This document shows, one piece after another, positions 27,441 to 41,486 of a stretch of 64,000 bases of DNA; position 1 is the stretch's first letter, and every line of letters begins with the position of its first letter. This DNA is from Lama glama (lineage: Eukaryota). The DNA lies in NCBI GenBank assembly GCA_028534125.1, contig CM052816.1, positions 37,946,001-38,010,000 on the forward strand, written 5' to 3'. The position numbers and the translations under genes were made by a program. Below the pieces are notes generated by a model that was not told where the DNA came from, did no database searches, and was given only the letters and a program-made list of their open reading frames with translations.

Positions 27441-28939
27441 GTACCATTTCTTGAAATGCATTATAGATTACATTCATGCTACTGATTTTAAATTGAACTA
27501 TTGCTGGCTTGTACGTACAAATTATTTATTATTAAATTATAACTTAAGAAATACTGTAACTTGTTGAAAGTAAACTTGAATCTCTATATATCTTGTAGGA
27601 TTATTTCACAATTTAAAATTTTCTGAGTATTCTTTCTCAACAACAGGTGGTATTTAGCTTTCCTTTATAAATATGTTTCTTGCATAATTCAAGGTATGTT
27701 TGATCATTTATTCTTCAATGCCCACTACTGCACAGGTGAACCTTAGTATCCAAGCATTCATGAAGGAATTTTATCATTGTTCACTGTAAAATTTTATCAA
27801 CCTTCTTCATTAATCCAAAACATTTCCTTTAATTTACAACTCAAATCTAATTCCTGATCTTCATGAATCTATGCTCCCAGCCATTCCCAAGTTAACGCTG
27901 AATTCCAGCAGTTGACTAGAATTGTGATCAATTAAAGTAATTTATTTTTAATGTACAATTGTTTGTGGAGCTAATATTAATTGGACTCATTGGCTTCTCA
28001 TTAAAAAAATAAGTCATGAAAATAAAGCAGCTCACAAATGATCGCACTGAATTACAGCATAAAGAGCACTACCATTTCTTAATTGACTAAATATTAGTAA
28101 AATTACTTGAGAAAATTAGATTAGTTAAGCAGTCCCAGATGTTTCTGGACACTCCTCTGTTTTTAATAGAATATTGAGATTTTAAAATGTTTGAAAATAA
28201 GAAAACAATGAGAATAAGAAATTCAGAAAACTTTTCATTCCTGAGATCCTTAAAACATAATTGAGAGTGACTAGAATCAGTTTTAATACTTGATAGAGAG
28301 TGTCTGTGAATATTTATTTCTAGGATTTATGAATATTTCTGATGCATCTTTTGAAGGAGTCAAAGGTCATAGTGTTGTTGAATAACACCTTCTTTTACCA
28401 AAGCCTCTAGTAAGAGATATCACATGGAAACGATTTCCTATAATTTAACAAGGAGAAAAAATTGTCTTTCCCCACCAAAGAATTATATGGAGCTGAGTAA
28501 AAATCATATCACTGGATTGACTGGTGAAAGTAAACACATTAAGTGCTAAGGGAAGACAATATAGAGTTAAGAAGGACGCTTTGGAAAGATCTTACAGATT
28601 TTCAATAGTTTACTGATACTTTATTAAATTGATAAATTACGTAACTTTGACAAAAAAATAAAATGAAATGTTGTTTGATTTTTAAATCTGAGCCATTTTC
28701 TACATATAGTGTTCAGCATTATCAATTTTTAATTTATATAAAATATATTCATGAGGCAATGTTGCTTTTTGCATAAAAAGTTATCCCCATGATAGGTTTA
28801 AAGACACCAGTATCCATTTACTAATTTACTAACTTTTTCTAAGAATTCTGATTGCCTTTTATCTGCCATACTGTGTTCTCAGCCTTGAGTCTATAATAGT
28901 GGACAAAATTGGCAAAAAAAAAAAATTAGTATTTGCTTT

Positions 28940-29163
28940 TTCCCAGCTTTGGTGAGGTATAATTGACCTATAACATTGTATAAAATTAAGGTGTACAACA
29001 TGATGGTTTGATGTATTTCTGTATTGTGGAACAGTTAATACAGTAAGGTTAGTTAACACATCTGTCACCTCACATCTTTACTATTTGTGTGCGTGTGTAA
29101 AGAGAACTTTTAAATTGTACTCTCTTAGCTACTTTCAAATACATAATACAGTATTGTTAACTA
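28940..29163 (-). mobile_element. L1 3' end (L1MA9-like) with TSD
   Basis: 'cccagctttggtgaggtataattgac...aaggtgtacaacatgatggtttga...ctctcttagctactttcaaatacataatacagtattgttaacta'. TSD agtatttgcttt (28928-28939) / agtatctgcttt (29164-29175). Confidence 0.88.
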
Positions 29164-31253
29164 AGTATCTGCTTTGATGATGCTCATAGTTTTGTGTGAA
29201 AGAAGTCTGATGAGGAAGAAAAAAAAAGTGAAGCAAGAAAATATTAATCAGTTGTTGGGTAAACACCTCATTAATTGCAACTTTGTCTTAAAGAACTGTT
29301 TATCTTGAACACTCTATGAAAATAGATTCACAAATAATTCCATAGCTAGTCGCTGGAATCTTAGTAAAGCTTGTAAGATGAGAAAGGAATTTGCAGAATA
29401 TTACTAGAGAAATGTGGTGAGTGTGTCTGGTCATATGGATGGACAAGGCACATGATCAGGGTGCTGAACTTTCAGGGAAGGGAAGGTAGATACAGAGTAA
29501 GGAGTGGTCAGGAAAGATAACCAGGTAACTCCTAGTATAATTCAATAATTCCCCATCTGTTTTGCTTAGAGGTGTCCTTGCATATCTATGACATAAATAT
29601 TCAAACCTAAATGTTTTTCTATACAAAATGGTAACTGTGAATTGCATATTACATTTAACTCTTGAAATAATAAGTTAATTTCCTCTTACCTCTCACTGCT
29701 TAGAAAAATTATAATTTGGGTTATTAATTTAGTGAGATATCCGAAAGTGCTGAGGTCTAAGCTCTTAAAATATGAATGATATAACTGATCATTTGACTCT
29801 GTTGAAGCTAAATGTCCCTGGGCCCTAATGGGATTTTGGTTAGATTCTCATCGTGAATAATTAGAAAATGCAGACAAAAAATGGAGCAAATTGAAGGTCA
29901 CAGGGAGGATTAGTAATACATGTAGTGGGTGGTATCGGGGTTCAGAGGGGTTGAAATGGTGGGGGCAGAGGAATCTAGTGGTCCTAAGGAACATTTTCTA
30001 TACTCTGGAGAATGCAACAACAGTATAGGTCGTGGAGGGAAGGAAGCAGAAAGACTCTCAGGGAATGCCAACTTCTTCTATGAAGTTGAGATGTAAAGTG
30101 CTTGGAACAAGTGTTCCTTTAACCGTGTGCTTGATGACAATGAAATGAGACCAACATCTTTATACCTAAGAGTGTGTGAAATTAAGACCACTGTGACAGA
30201 CAGGTGGGCAGTGTGAGGTTGCAGTGCTGAAACACACTGAGCTTCAGGAAAGTGCTGTGTGGTCTTTCCCTGAGTAGACTGCTGTGTGGTTTCCACATCT
30301 CCTCATTTTAAGAGTTTCATGAATGAACAATAAAATTTAGTGAGTGGAGTATACAAGGTACAGAAGAGTAGAACACATATTTATGGCATGGAAGATGCAA
30401 ACTAGATGACACCATGGACTTAGACTTATAAAATTAGAGAATGTTCTAATATTCTCAATACTTACATGACTAACGTTGATGTAAGAGCGGCTGGGGTGAA
30501 CCAACCTGGGGTACAGAGCAGGCTAGAGGACATTACTGGATGTGCAACCCAGAGTTCAGTCAGATTTGGGAAACTGGAGGGCCCCATCTCCCTATGGAGT
30601 GTGCTTGTTCTTAATCTCTGGTGAGCTGCAAGGACAGGACTTTAGGAGATGCAGTTCCTCAAGCTTGGGAGGTCCGGAGGTTGCTGTAACTATAGCACTA
30701 TGGAATCTGGGGTTTGAAAATCAATCTTTACTTCCTGTAAGTACCTCTTATTCTGATTCTCTCTCACTGTAACACTGACATAAATAATATATGCAACATA
30801 AGTGTAAATATAATGGGATAATCAAGCAAACTGGCATCCACCTCCACATACGTAGTGGGAAAAAAAAATCTCTACTTTTATCTACTGTGAACATGTTTTC
30901 ATTCATTGAACATAGTTCCAATGCACATAACTTAGATCAAGAATCTTTTCAGCCTCTCTTGGTCACTGTCTTAGTTGACACTAAACGACTAATAACGGAG
31001 TGTCATTTGAATCTACTGTTGGTCTGTAAGATGCATGCTGATGCATCACGTGTGTAAAGACTGCGCTGGTCATGTTGAATGAATTTCTAATTGTATTATT
31101 AGTTTCACTGTAAGTAACTATTAACTATATTTATTTATTTCTACTAACAATGGACATAAAACATTTTGAACTAGTAAAATGGTTTTGAATATCTGGACAT
31201 GTCTTTGAAAACTGCAAAATGTTTTTAGTTTTATCATTTCTTTCAAATGATTC

Positions 31254-31321
31254 TATTATTATTATTATTATTATTATTGTTATTATTATTATTATTATTA
31301 TTATCATCATTATTATCATTA
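31254..31321. repeat. (ATT)n/(ATC)n trinucleotide microsatellite
   Basis: tattattattatt...atcatcattattatcatt. It explains the poly-Ile ORF 31131-31319. Confidence 0.95.
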
Positions 31322-33779
31322 TACTTACTCTAGACAGCCCTGATTCTCAGAGAAAAACTTCCTTTGTGAAACAAGTGATTTGATTAGCCTTCTTAAATTA
31401 CCATTTTTAGGTTTACTTTTAAAATGGTTGGACTACATTTTTTACTTAGTGATTGACTTACAAACTGATTGAACTTCTATGAGTGCCAAGTAAAATTTTG
31501 TTTTCAAGCTGACTATAACCAAAGTGCACATATCTTTTGAGCTTTATGATATCTGAACATTTTCCATTTTCCCCTTTAATTAAAATCTTATTTCACTGCT
31601 CTATTTTCCCTATTCTTCTCTGAGCAGTTGAAACAAGTGTAAATGGGAAATTTCAGAAGAACAGGAACACTTGGCTGTATTTCTAGCTGATCAAGAAGCA
31701 GAAAATGCAGGAAATCTAATGAGAAAGCTTATTATTATGATTTGTGCAGCTCAGCTTTTGCATAATCAAGCATGTCAATGCACTCACACATTTGCGAATG
31801 CTGCTTAGAACTACACATCTGAATCTTTTTAATGTTTCTCCATTACCATTGCTTTTGCTGCCCCACTCAGGAGGCCGTCATCCATGACCCCAATTTTCAA
31901 AATGGGCCAGCTAAACACAAAGACTGGATGTGTTTCCTAATCCTATCAAGGCTTTCTTTTTTTTTTTTTTAAGCAGAATGAAAACAGGTGGTGTTCTCAA
32001 CTTTTAAAGGAGATGAATTATGAACTGTAATCTGAATAAGACTGTGATTATCCAGGTACAATGGCTCACATGAAAGTTCGTAGAATTGAAGAAGCCATGT
32101 AATATTCAGGCGATCTTTGTTAACATCTGTGGTGATTTTGATCCTTTGGTATCATGCTGTACTTCAGTTAATGTTACAGGAACATATGTTGCTATTTGTC
32201 AATATGATAGTGTAATACATACGCATGAAGGTGGGTGTCACCCCAAGGAAACTGCATCTACATCCTTCCAAAAGAATTGATGTGAGTAGTAAAACCCCTC
32301 ACTCTCTTTGTCATCATTCCCTCATCCCTACACTTAGGACTCACATTAAAACATGGTCAAATGGTGAGGCATTGTAAGACTTAGTTCACTATTATAATCT
32401 AGCAGTATTTTAAGATTCTGATCCAGTGGATACAAATAACTTTATGGCAATCCACTGCATAGCTATTTATTACTACCATTTTAGTTATTTTATTGCATGT
32501 GATTATTAAAGGAATGGTTAGATAAGTAATTCTGAATAAGAGAGATGAATTTCAAAATCATATTTTGCATGTTACTATGTATAGTAGGGTGAAATAAAAT
32601 GTAAGCATCAGTGATACGTGTTTCCTAAAATACTTCATGAATATGAAAGAACACAGAGATAATGGTAAAATTCAGTGGATTTGTAGCTGATTGAAAAATC
32701 CGTTACAAAAGTTGCTGTGTCATGGATTCCTGGCTGTTGACCTGTAAAGGCTGCAGGTGGTGAGGTGACATGGGAGCAGGGATAGTAAGTCATATTCGGC
32801 AGAGGACACTGAGGCCTTTTTCATCAAGTGTATAGGTGGAACAAAACCTACGAGTGCAAACCAATATTTGAAAGAACAAAGTCAGAATACAAAACGATGT
32901 CCAAAAAATGACAAGATAAGTAACATATAATGAGATGGAATTGTAAAATATTAAATGGAAAGGATTGTTTCTAGTCTGAAACAAAACTTTTTTTTGCAAA
33001 AATAACATACCATGGGGAAGATGAGGCATAACAAAAACATGTGCTAGAGATTGTGAGCAGTGGAAAGATTAATATGAAACAACTGCAGGATGAATAAAAG
33101 CTCTCAGGACGTTTTGAATGCATCAGCCTTTGAGCAGACCTTTGTGTTCCAAGACAGATTTCAATGTGTCTTTCCAAAAGCTTATATTTCTAGGCCTAAT
33201 TGTAAAATCGGATTAGCATATTAGAATTTGAAATCTTTTTTACTATCCTGACAGAAAGGAAAATCAAAGCTTGCTGGCCATCTACCTCTTAAGAAATAAT
33301 CAAGAGCTGTGCTCAATATCTTAGGTATGATCTACTCAAGGTAGACAAGGAAAATCACTTTATCCATTCTGGATACTAAATTCATACATGTAATTAATTT
33401 AAAATATTTACTTAGACTCAGTTATGGGCCAATAACCATACAAAATCCAAAATTAGTTTCTCTGAAGGCAATATCTAAAACTATTAGAAAGATGAGCTTC
33501 ATAAATATATTTTTCCCTGTATTATTTATTTTAGGAAAAGTAAAAATAATTTTAACGGACACAAATTGAAGAATACACAGATAAATGATGTTCTGTATAC
33601 ATGCTCTATATATGGCAAGATATTCCAAAGAATAATATTTCTAAGGATTTTATAATAACATGACATTTTGCTCATATCAACATGTTGAAAAAACAGTGAA
33701 TGGAGATATATATATATGAGCACAGCTATATTCAGTGTTATAAAAAAAGCATAGCAAACGGATTAAAGTATATCTAGGT

Positions 33780-34505
33780 GAACATATTTAATACTAATTA
33801 GAAATAGGTTTGCAAAAAATATAGGCAAATCACAAGAAAGAACAATTCACAAACATAGAAAGTTACACGGTAAACAAAATATACAAATATCCTAACTTGT
33901 TCAAAGGAATCAAGTAAACCTATTTGAAAACACTGATGCAATTTTAATTCCCTTATAATAAGTTAAAAAATGTATATAAGTAATACATGCTGAGATCAAA
34001 ATTGCAACAAGAAAAAAGATATGTATTCACAACTCTAACAATATATTGTTAAAATATTTACCAAAAACTATAAATTCACACTTTTTGGCCCATTCCTCCT
34101 TAACCTTAATCCTGATTATGAGATGTTTCCTATGCAAAAATAAACTCAGGATGGAAACTCTAACTGTATAAATGACCCTTGAAATGTTACATGAAACTTC
34201 TGAGGGCAGTCAATGTATCCAACAATAAAGGAATGGTTAATTAGATTATGGTTGTTGTCTCAATGGAATATCATGCTGTTTTAAAATAATTTATGAAGTT
34301 TTAAAAACAGCATATAGATATGATATATTGTCAAATGAAAGTCACATTACAAATTGTAAAACACATTAATATTTAAAGCTATATAAAATGTATAGGCATA
34401 TGTAAAAGATTAAAAGGAACTTTCAAACTAACAAAAACTTTATTATCATGCTTGAATGATGAGATTATTTCCATATTGAATTATTTTAAAATACATTTAA
34501 AAAAA
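33780..34505 (+). mobile_element. Old L1ME-like 3' fragment
   Basis: 'caatgtatccaacaataaaggaatggttaattagattatgg...caatggaatatcatgctg'. Confidence 0.6.
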
Positions 34506-34552
34506 TAAAATCATACTTAAAGCCAAGACTAAAGTCTGGGACATATGTGTTT

Positions 34553-34606
34553 TATTATATATATATATATATGTATATATTTATGTATATATACACACAC
34601 ACACAC
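34553..34606. repeat. (TA)n(CA)n microsatellite
   Basis: Direct reading. Confidence 0.9.
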
Positions 34607-35661
34607 CTGACACTAAAGCATATCATAGATGAATTAATATAGAAATAAGTAAAGAAAGCTGGGAAAACAAATGAGGAAGATCTTTGGAAAATACTGGTAT
34701 TTAAGGAATATGCGAAGAATGAAGGCTCACACTAGCCTGATGAGATGAGAAAGCAGGCTGAAAAAGCCTGAGTCAGCTACTGCCTCTCCCACAAAGTGGA
34801 AAAGGTTTAGTTCTTTATGACCCTGGTGCTGTACCCACTAATAGAGCTTCCTCTCCTCCCCAATTATTCTTGAACACAAACGACGAACCTTTGCTACGAT
34901 GAAGTAACCAGAGTATATTTCTCCACCTGTAGTCCAGGCACCTGTACTAACCGATAAGCTTATTTACAAGTCAGCAGCAGCAAACTTGAGTCAAACTGCC
35001 AGTTTGGGGTTGGCTTCCGCGAGGCCGTGTGCAGGATGAAAGGCTCTTTAGGGAAGCTCTCTGCTCTGACCCCCTCTCTGGGAACTGGGAGAGCTATTGG
35101 TGGGGAACAGCCTGGGTAACACAATACAACTGAAAGGAGTGTGCACACATACTACCCCAGGCAAAAGCAGAAGAGTTTTGTTTGGTTTGCATCTGTCCAG
35201 CAATAACTATTTTAAAAATGCCTCCAAATAAACATACAAAATTACATGACTAAAATAAAGCCAGAAGTCTCAGCCATAAGGGTCTCTCCTTCTCTTCCTG
35301 AGTCTGACTGTGGATGTGTAACCGCATGGTGGTTTCCTTACTGCTCCCCTACACCCATCATCTTCTCCTCCAGGTAATCCTCCGTCACCTCTCCTCATCC
35401 CTTCATCATTGCCCCTCAGCCCAAGAATCTCACTCTCTCAGCCAGAACTAAGGACACAACAAAGAAGCACAGCTCCCCTTGTTGTATGCAAGTCAGAGGG
35501 TACAGCAGACGTATGTAACTGAAGGTTGGGGATGCGCGATGCATTTTTACTTGACCACTGAATCTCATACTGTGTTTTTCCAGAAAACCTTCAGTAAAGT
35601 ACATCATCATTCTGACCCAAATTCTAGGCCAAATGTGAAGTCTTGAACGTTACTAAAATAT

Positions 35662-36120
35662 CTATTCATTTATTCAAAAATATTCTACTGAACACCTACC
35701 AACCAATGACAGAGGAGACATTGAGATGAATACGATTTTCCTCAAGGTGTTTAACATTAAATAAATGAGATAAAAAAGCATGCAAATATACTTATAATAT
35801 TTTTGTATGTGTTAGTAATGGTACAGATATAAAAGCATGCCACCAATAAGATGGAATCATAGCTATGTATAAGGGGTTAGGGGTAGACAGATGCCAGAGA
35901 CTAAGGGAAGTGTCCTTTGTACAGAGTCTAGAAATACTGGCAGGAATTCCCCTGGTGAATTGCTAACATTCCAAGCAGAGGGAAAAGCATGAATTAAGTA
36001 GAGATGCGTGAAAGGATCAATCATTTTAGAGAAAGTTCCAGTGTTTCTTTATGACTACAGCAAAGGGTATATGGTGAGGAGGGCTGGGAATGAGACCTTT
36101 AATAGGGCTAACTGGGGTGA
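35662..36120 (-). mobile_element. L2 remnant
   Basis: 'tattcatttattcaaaaatattctactgaacacctac...cattccaagcagagggaaaagcatga'. Confidence 0.6.
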
Positions 36121-36364
36121 TGCTTTAGGGTATGTGGAGTTAGGGTGATATTTCTTGAGGTTGTGAAAATAATCTAAGTAAAAGATGTTAAGACCCTAAT
36201 AGACGTGTGAGAAGAAGAAGAAGATAGAGTACAACAGAAATTTTAGAACTGGCATTCACGCAACTTTCACTACGGTGGGAGCTCCCAAGAACAAAATTGC
36301 TCCTTTAGCTGAGATCGTTCAAGAATGACTTTATTAAAACGTAGGCATCTAGCCCTAGCTAACA

Positions 36365-36790
36365 TTATTTTATGCTGGTTTCACACAGGAGCAGACCACG
36401 GTATGGGTACAAGCAGTTTACCAGGTAGATCTCAAGAAGCACTAGTAGGAAAGCAGGAATATGAGACAGAGAAGGAAAGGAAGTCAACGCAGGTGCACAA
36501 GTGAGCAGTAACTGTGAGTTACTGAAGCTCAATCCTACTGGGAAAAGTTCCCAAGTTATTCCACCCCAAGTGTGATTCCCATTCATCAACTCCATCCATC
36601 AACCGCTTGTATACTACTCATGGGGGCATTAAATTTTTTGCACTCTGCCTTGACCCTTGCCCACAGACTGAGAATATTTTTACAGCCAAAGAATGCCTCC
36701 AGACAGAGAACCACAGGTGTTTGCAGTAAGAAGTTGTCAGAGCTGTGAGTGCCATGGAGATTTGGGTGGGAACTCAAAGCATCTGCTATA
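36365..36790 (-). mobile_element. ERVL solo LTR (LTR33-like)
   Basis: 'gggtacaagcagtttaccaggtagatctcaagaagcactagtaggaaagcaggaatatgagacagagaaggaaaggaag...gagctcaatcctactggg' resembles antisense LTR33. Confidence 0.7.
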
Positions 36791-36800
36791 CACATTAAAC

Positions 36801-37848
36801 CAGTATTTCTCAACTGAGAATTTCTGTATGAATTTCTACAATAAATTTTAATGTTTAAAAAATTTTTTTTATCATCTTGCTTAAACATAGCTTAAACATA
36901 TTCTGCATCTGGATGATGACTTTGAACTTGTTCGTTTCCTGATAGTTTCAGTGACTAAGTGATAAATCATACCAAGAAGTATAAATTTTTAAAAAGTAAA
37001 TATGAAAAAATCATGACATACTGTATGAATGGAGGTTTCAGAGCAGTTTTAGTGGAGAAATGTTGGAGACTTTATTCTCATGGCCCAAGCTAACAGAAGC
37101 ATACTATTATGGGTTGAATAGTTCCCTCCCTCCTCAAAATTTGTATGTTGAAGTCCTAACTCCCAGCACCTCAGAATGTGACCTTACTGAAAAACAGTCA
37201 ATGAAGATGTAACTAATTAATATGAAGTCATTAGGATGTGTCCTAATTTTATATGACTAGTATGTTTATAAAAAGGGGAAATTTGGACAAAGAGAGACAC
37301 ACGCTATGTGAAGATGAAGGCAGAGATCTACAAACCAAGGAATGCCAGAGGCTGCCAGCAAAGCAACAGGAGGTAAGAGGCAGGCAGGGAGCAGAATATT
37401 TTTACCATTCTCAGAAGGAAGAAACCCTGTCAACACCTTTATATTGGATTTCTGGCCTCCAGAATTACAAGATAATACATTTCTATTGTTTAAACCACCC
37501 AGTTTGTGGCCCTTTGTTTTAGAGGACCTAGCAAACTAATTCATATACCAAAGTAAAATAGAATCAGTATCTCAGTAGGCAATCTCAAATATCATAATCG
37601 TAGTGAGACTAGAATACTCAATTAATCATTTTCCCATTAGGTTAATGATAATTTTTTTATTGGTTTTGTAGCTATATTTGCATTTATTTTGTATTTTTTC
37701 TTACTATGGGATTTAAGAACCACAAGCATATGGAATTTATAATTATAATTTAAATAAATTTAACATTTTAATAAAAATAATTTGATGGTTATTAGCTGAG
37801 AATGTTTTTTAAATGGGCTCCATTAAAAAGAAACTTTGAGAAATCCTG
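36801..37848. mobile_element. hAT-Charlie-type DNA transposon interrupted by an MLT1 LTR
   Basis: TIR-like ends cagtatttctcaac (36801) / ctttgagaaatcctg (to 37848). The 8-bp flanks are cattaaac and ctgtaaac. Confidence 0.65.
37105..37543 (+). mobile_element. MaLR solo LTR (MLT1B/C-like)
   Basis: 'tattatgggttgaat...tatgttgaagtcctaactcccagcacctcagaatgtgacc...ggatttctggcctccagaattacaag...gcaaactaattca'. 5-bp TSD catac/tatac. Confidence 0.9.
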
Positions 37849-37895
37849 CTGTAAACTATCAGCATTTTTTCTTACTAGAATGGTTTGACCGATAA

Positions 37896-38190
37896 GATGG
37901 TGAATTTTACATGCCAACTTGTTTGGGCTAGGGGATGCCCAGACAGCTGGTGAAACGTTATTTCTGGGTGTGCCTGTGAAGATGTCTCCAGAAGCGATTA
38001 GCATTTGAATCAATACACTGAATAAATAAAACGGCCTGAACAGAATGAAGAAGAGGAGGAGGAAGAGTAAATTAGCTCTCTCTGTTCGAGCTGAGACAGG
38101 ACATCTACCTTCTGCCCTAGGACATCAAGGCTCCTGGTGTTTGGGCTTTTAGACTCAGACAGGGACTTTTAACATTAGCCCCTTATTTCT
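37896..38190 (+). mobile_element. ERVL LTR fragment (MLT2D-like)
   Basis: 'gatggtgaattttacatgccaacttgtttgggctaggggatgcccagacagctggtgaaacgttatttctgggtgtgcctgtgaagatgtctccagaagcgattagcatttgaatc'. Confidence 0.82.
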
Positions 38191-38386
38191 TTTCCAGTTT
38201 CTTTTCCATCTTTACTTTTTAGGGGGCTTTTTTTTTTTTTTGGTCTCCAAAAACCTTTATTCATTAATCTAAAAAAAATGTGGCAGCTGTAAACTTCCAG
38301 ACTAACATCTTTCAACATCTGAGATGAACTGAGATCCCTATTCTAAGACCTAAGTTCCATGACAAGTCTAGCTTCACAAAAGCACT

Positions 38387-38850
38387 TGTAATTTTTTGTG
38401 TTAACATGGCTGGGCCACAGTACCTAGATACTTGGCCAAACATTATTCTTGACGTTACTATGAGTGCTTTTTGAATGAGATCAACATTGAAATTGGTGAA
38501 CTCTGAATAAATCAGATTGCGTTTCATAGTGTGTGTGGGTCTCATCCAATCAGGTGAAGGCCTTAATAGAACAAAGACTGACTTATCTGTAAAAAGAAGA
38601 AATTCTACCACCACATGGCCCTCAGACTTGAACTGCAAACTTCCTCCCTCCATCTCCAGACTTTCAACCTACCTTGCAGATTTTGGACTTGCTAGGTTCC
38701 CTAATTGTATAAAGCAATTCATTAAATCAATCTCTCGTCTCTGTCTCTCTGTCTCTCCTTCTCTGTCACTGTCTCTGTCTTTCTCCCCCCTCCCCATCTC
38801 TATATACACATCCTATTGGTTCTGTTTCTCTGGAGAACTCTGACTAATTC
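38387..38850 (+). mobile_element. ERVL solo LTR (MLT2B/C-like)
   Basis: 'gggccacagtacctagatacttggccaaacattattct...gggtctcatccaatcaggtgaaggccttaatagaacaaagactga...tcctattggttctgtttctctggagaactctgactaat'. Confidence 0.88.
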
Positions 38851-41486
38851 TGAGCACTTATCCTTAAATAAATTATCTGGACTAATGTGAGGTAGAGGTG
38901 GTTTCACCGGTCCACCTCGAGCCAAGGAGCCATCTTTGAGCCAATTAGTGTCAGGAAAAGACTGGAATACACAAAGTATGGCAAGTTCCCACATGATCAT
39001 TTGATCATACAGCTAGAGAAAGAAAGAAAAAAATTATTTTACTGAAGAACAAAGTTTAGAGAGCTGTATGTGGGACATGTCACACATATAAATATGTTTG
39101 CTGAATCAGCTATCAAAAAAAGCATAGATTAAAATAAAAGACATGTAAAACTAAGGTTTGGGTGTGGTATAAATTTTTAAAATAAAAAATGAGAGTTTAA
39201 CTCATTCCATCTGGCAAAAAATATCAAGTGATTAAACCTAATTAAACTAGTGAATTTTCAAAGTACACCACTGACTGGCCTCATACATCTGCTATTTTGC
39301 CGAAAATGACATTTGCAGAGTATTTTAAAAGTGCTTTGGACCTAATTTGTTTTTATTATTGAATGCAATCTATATTCTATATGTTGTATCCCAGATTATA
39401 TATTATATAAAATATACAATTCATCTATCTGATTTTAATTAGAATTTACTCTAAACAAAATATGCCTGGAAATCTTCCTAAAATAAAATAAATATTGAAA
39501 TATATGAAAGTCTTTCATGCCATAACATTTTATCGTTGCATAATTAAGATTTATTATGTGTAGTAAATGTTTATAGCTTGTTAATAGAATCAAAAGAATG
39601 TCCAGATATGAGAGAAGACTCATGTGTTTTCCCTATGATACCACTGCAATTACTTTGGCATAGGTTTTGTCACACAGTGGTTGGGTGAATGAGTTTGTGG
39701 TCAGTTTCTGGACAATGGATAGATTTAACTGGAAGGCTGAGGAATGCTCATTTCTATTTCATAGTCTTGCTTACCTGTGGCACTCAATAGGAGAGTGGAA
39801 GTCTTTTTTTATTTCTGACTCTTTCCTGTAATAAGAGGCTCCTCCTTCTTTCATTTAGCCCCTGATATAAGGTATTGCTACTCTGACAGATATTGTCCAG
39901 CAGATCCATTTTGTGAAAAACACAATAGTTGTCCAGTAGGCAAATTCATATTCATAGAGAGCTGGGAGGGAGCCAGCTGGCCTTGAAAGCTAGACAACAC
40001 ACATTCTGTTGCTAACTCTGCCCTCCGTTAACTGTCACTGAGAAAACATGTGAAATCTCTGGATATCATTTTCCTCGATTGGATACAGTGGGAAATAGAA
40101 GGAAGTTCCATACTTCAATTAAATGAAATAAATTTTTATTCTATTACACATAACTATTTTAAGAAAAATATCAGCAAATAGGGCAGTAGATGTTTCAATT
40201 GTTCACAGAATAACCATTTCCACTGTTTCAATCACAAATCATGTCTCTTTGCTCTGTCAAGACTTTGGGAATTGAAACTGAGCCTTCATATGTCTATTTA
40301 AAAATATGCAGACACTTTGGAACTTCTATTTATAATAGGATATTTTTTCAGAAAAATAAAAAGACTTTAGCTGTGTATGTAATATCAAACTTGCAGATTG
40401 AATATTTTAATGTTATATTTTTGGTCACTGGATCAAAATCTTTCTCAACTGAATACATAATCACTATAACATATTCCTGGAACTTATTTCAAATCTACGG
40501 CTTTAAGTTACTTTCATAATAGTCTAAGTATTTTTAAAACTAGCAGTGAATACTCTCCATTCCATAAAATGCAATCCTAAACCAACATTCAGGTTTGCAC
40601 TTTGTTCTCTCATACTTCCTACTACCACATATCATTTTGTCTGGTTTTCATCCTTTTTGATTGAGTATCCAGTTTACTTAACCAATTATTATCAGTTCAG
40701 CTGCTGAGCACTACAGGATATATTGCCTTAATATTGCTGTTTCACTCCAGTTGTTATTCCTGGTGCCCACAACAAATGATCCTTCAAGTACCACTGCAGA
40801 ACAAGAGTGGTAGGTACAAACGCACTGCTTCCAGGAACATTCAATCTCCATATTGATTGAGAGCCCAGAGACAGAGTATAATTGTTACGACAACAGAACA
40901 TGAGTGGGTTTATTTGTTTGTATGTTTTAAAATGTATTTATTCATTGTTCTTTAGTTCATTTGCCTTTATGTCATTGGTTTTTATTTTTTATTTTATTTT
41001 TTGAGGGGGCTATCAGGAGGGGAACGCAGGTCTCATTTCTAATAGAATGATCCTTTTAAGTAGCAACTGTAGAATGTAGGTACTTGCACAAACATTATAT
41101 GTTTTTGCAAATTGTTTTATATAGGACCAAATGTTAATTTGCTTTATTATAAACAATACTGCAATATAACTATCACATGTTTGCTTATGCCAACTCTACT
41201 TGTCCCTTCTGATTTTTCTCTACTGTCTTCTTTCTCCTTTAAAAATTTTTTTCCTCTATCTGCCTGGCTACTCTTCTATTTTGTTGCTGTTACTGTTGCT
41301 ACTTATTTGATTGGCTTGTTTTGTTTAGCTATCCAATTACGATTTGTGAATTAAATCACAATAGATATCACGTTCAGAGCCTGGTAAGAATTCCTGCCCA
41401 AGACAATTTGGGATAACAGAGAAAGCTTTCATGAGACTTAGAATGTTTAGCTTTGAAGAAAAGTAGTAATATGTGGCCAGGTATAG

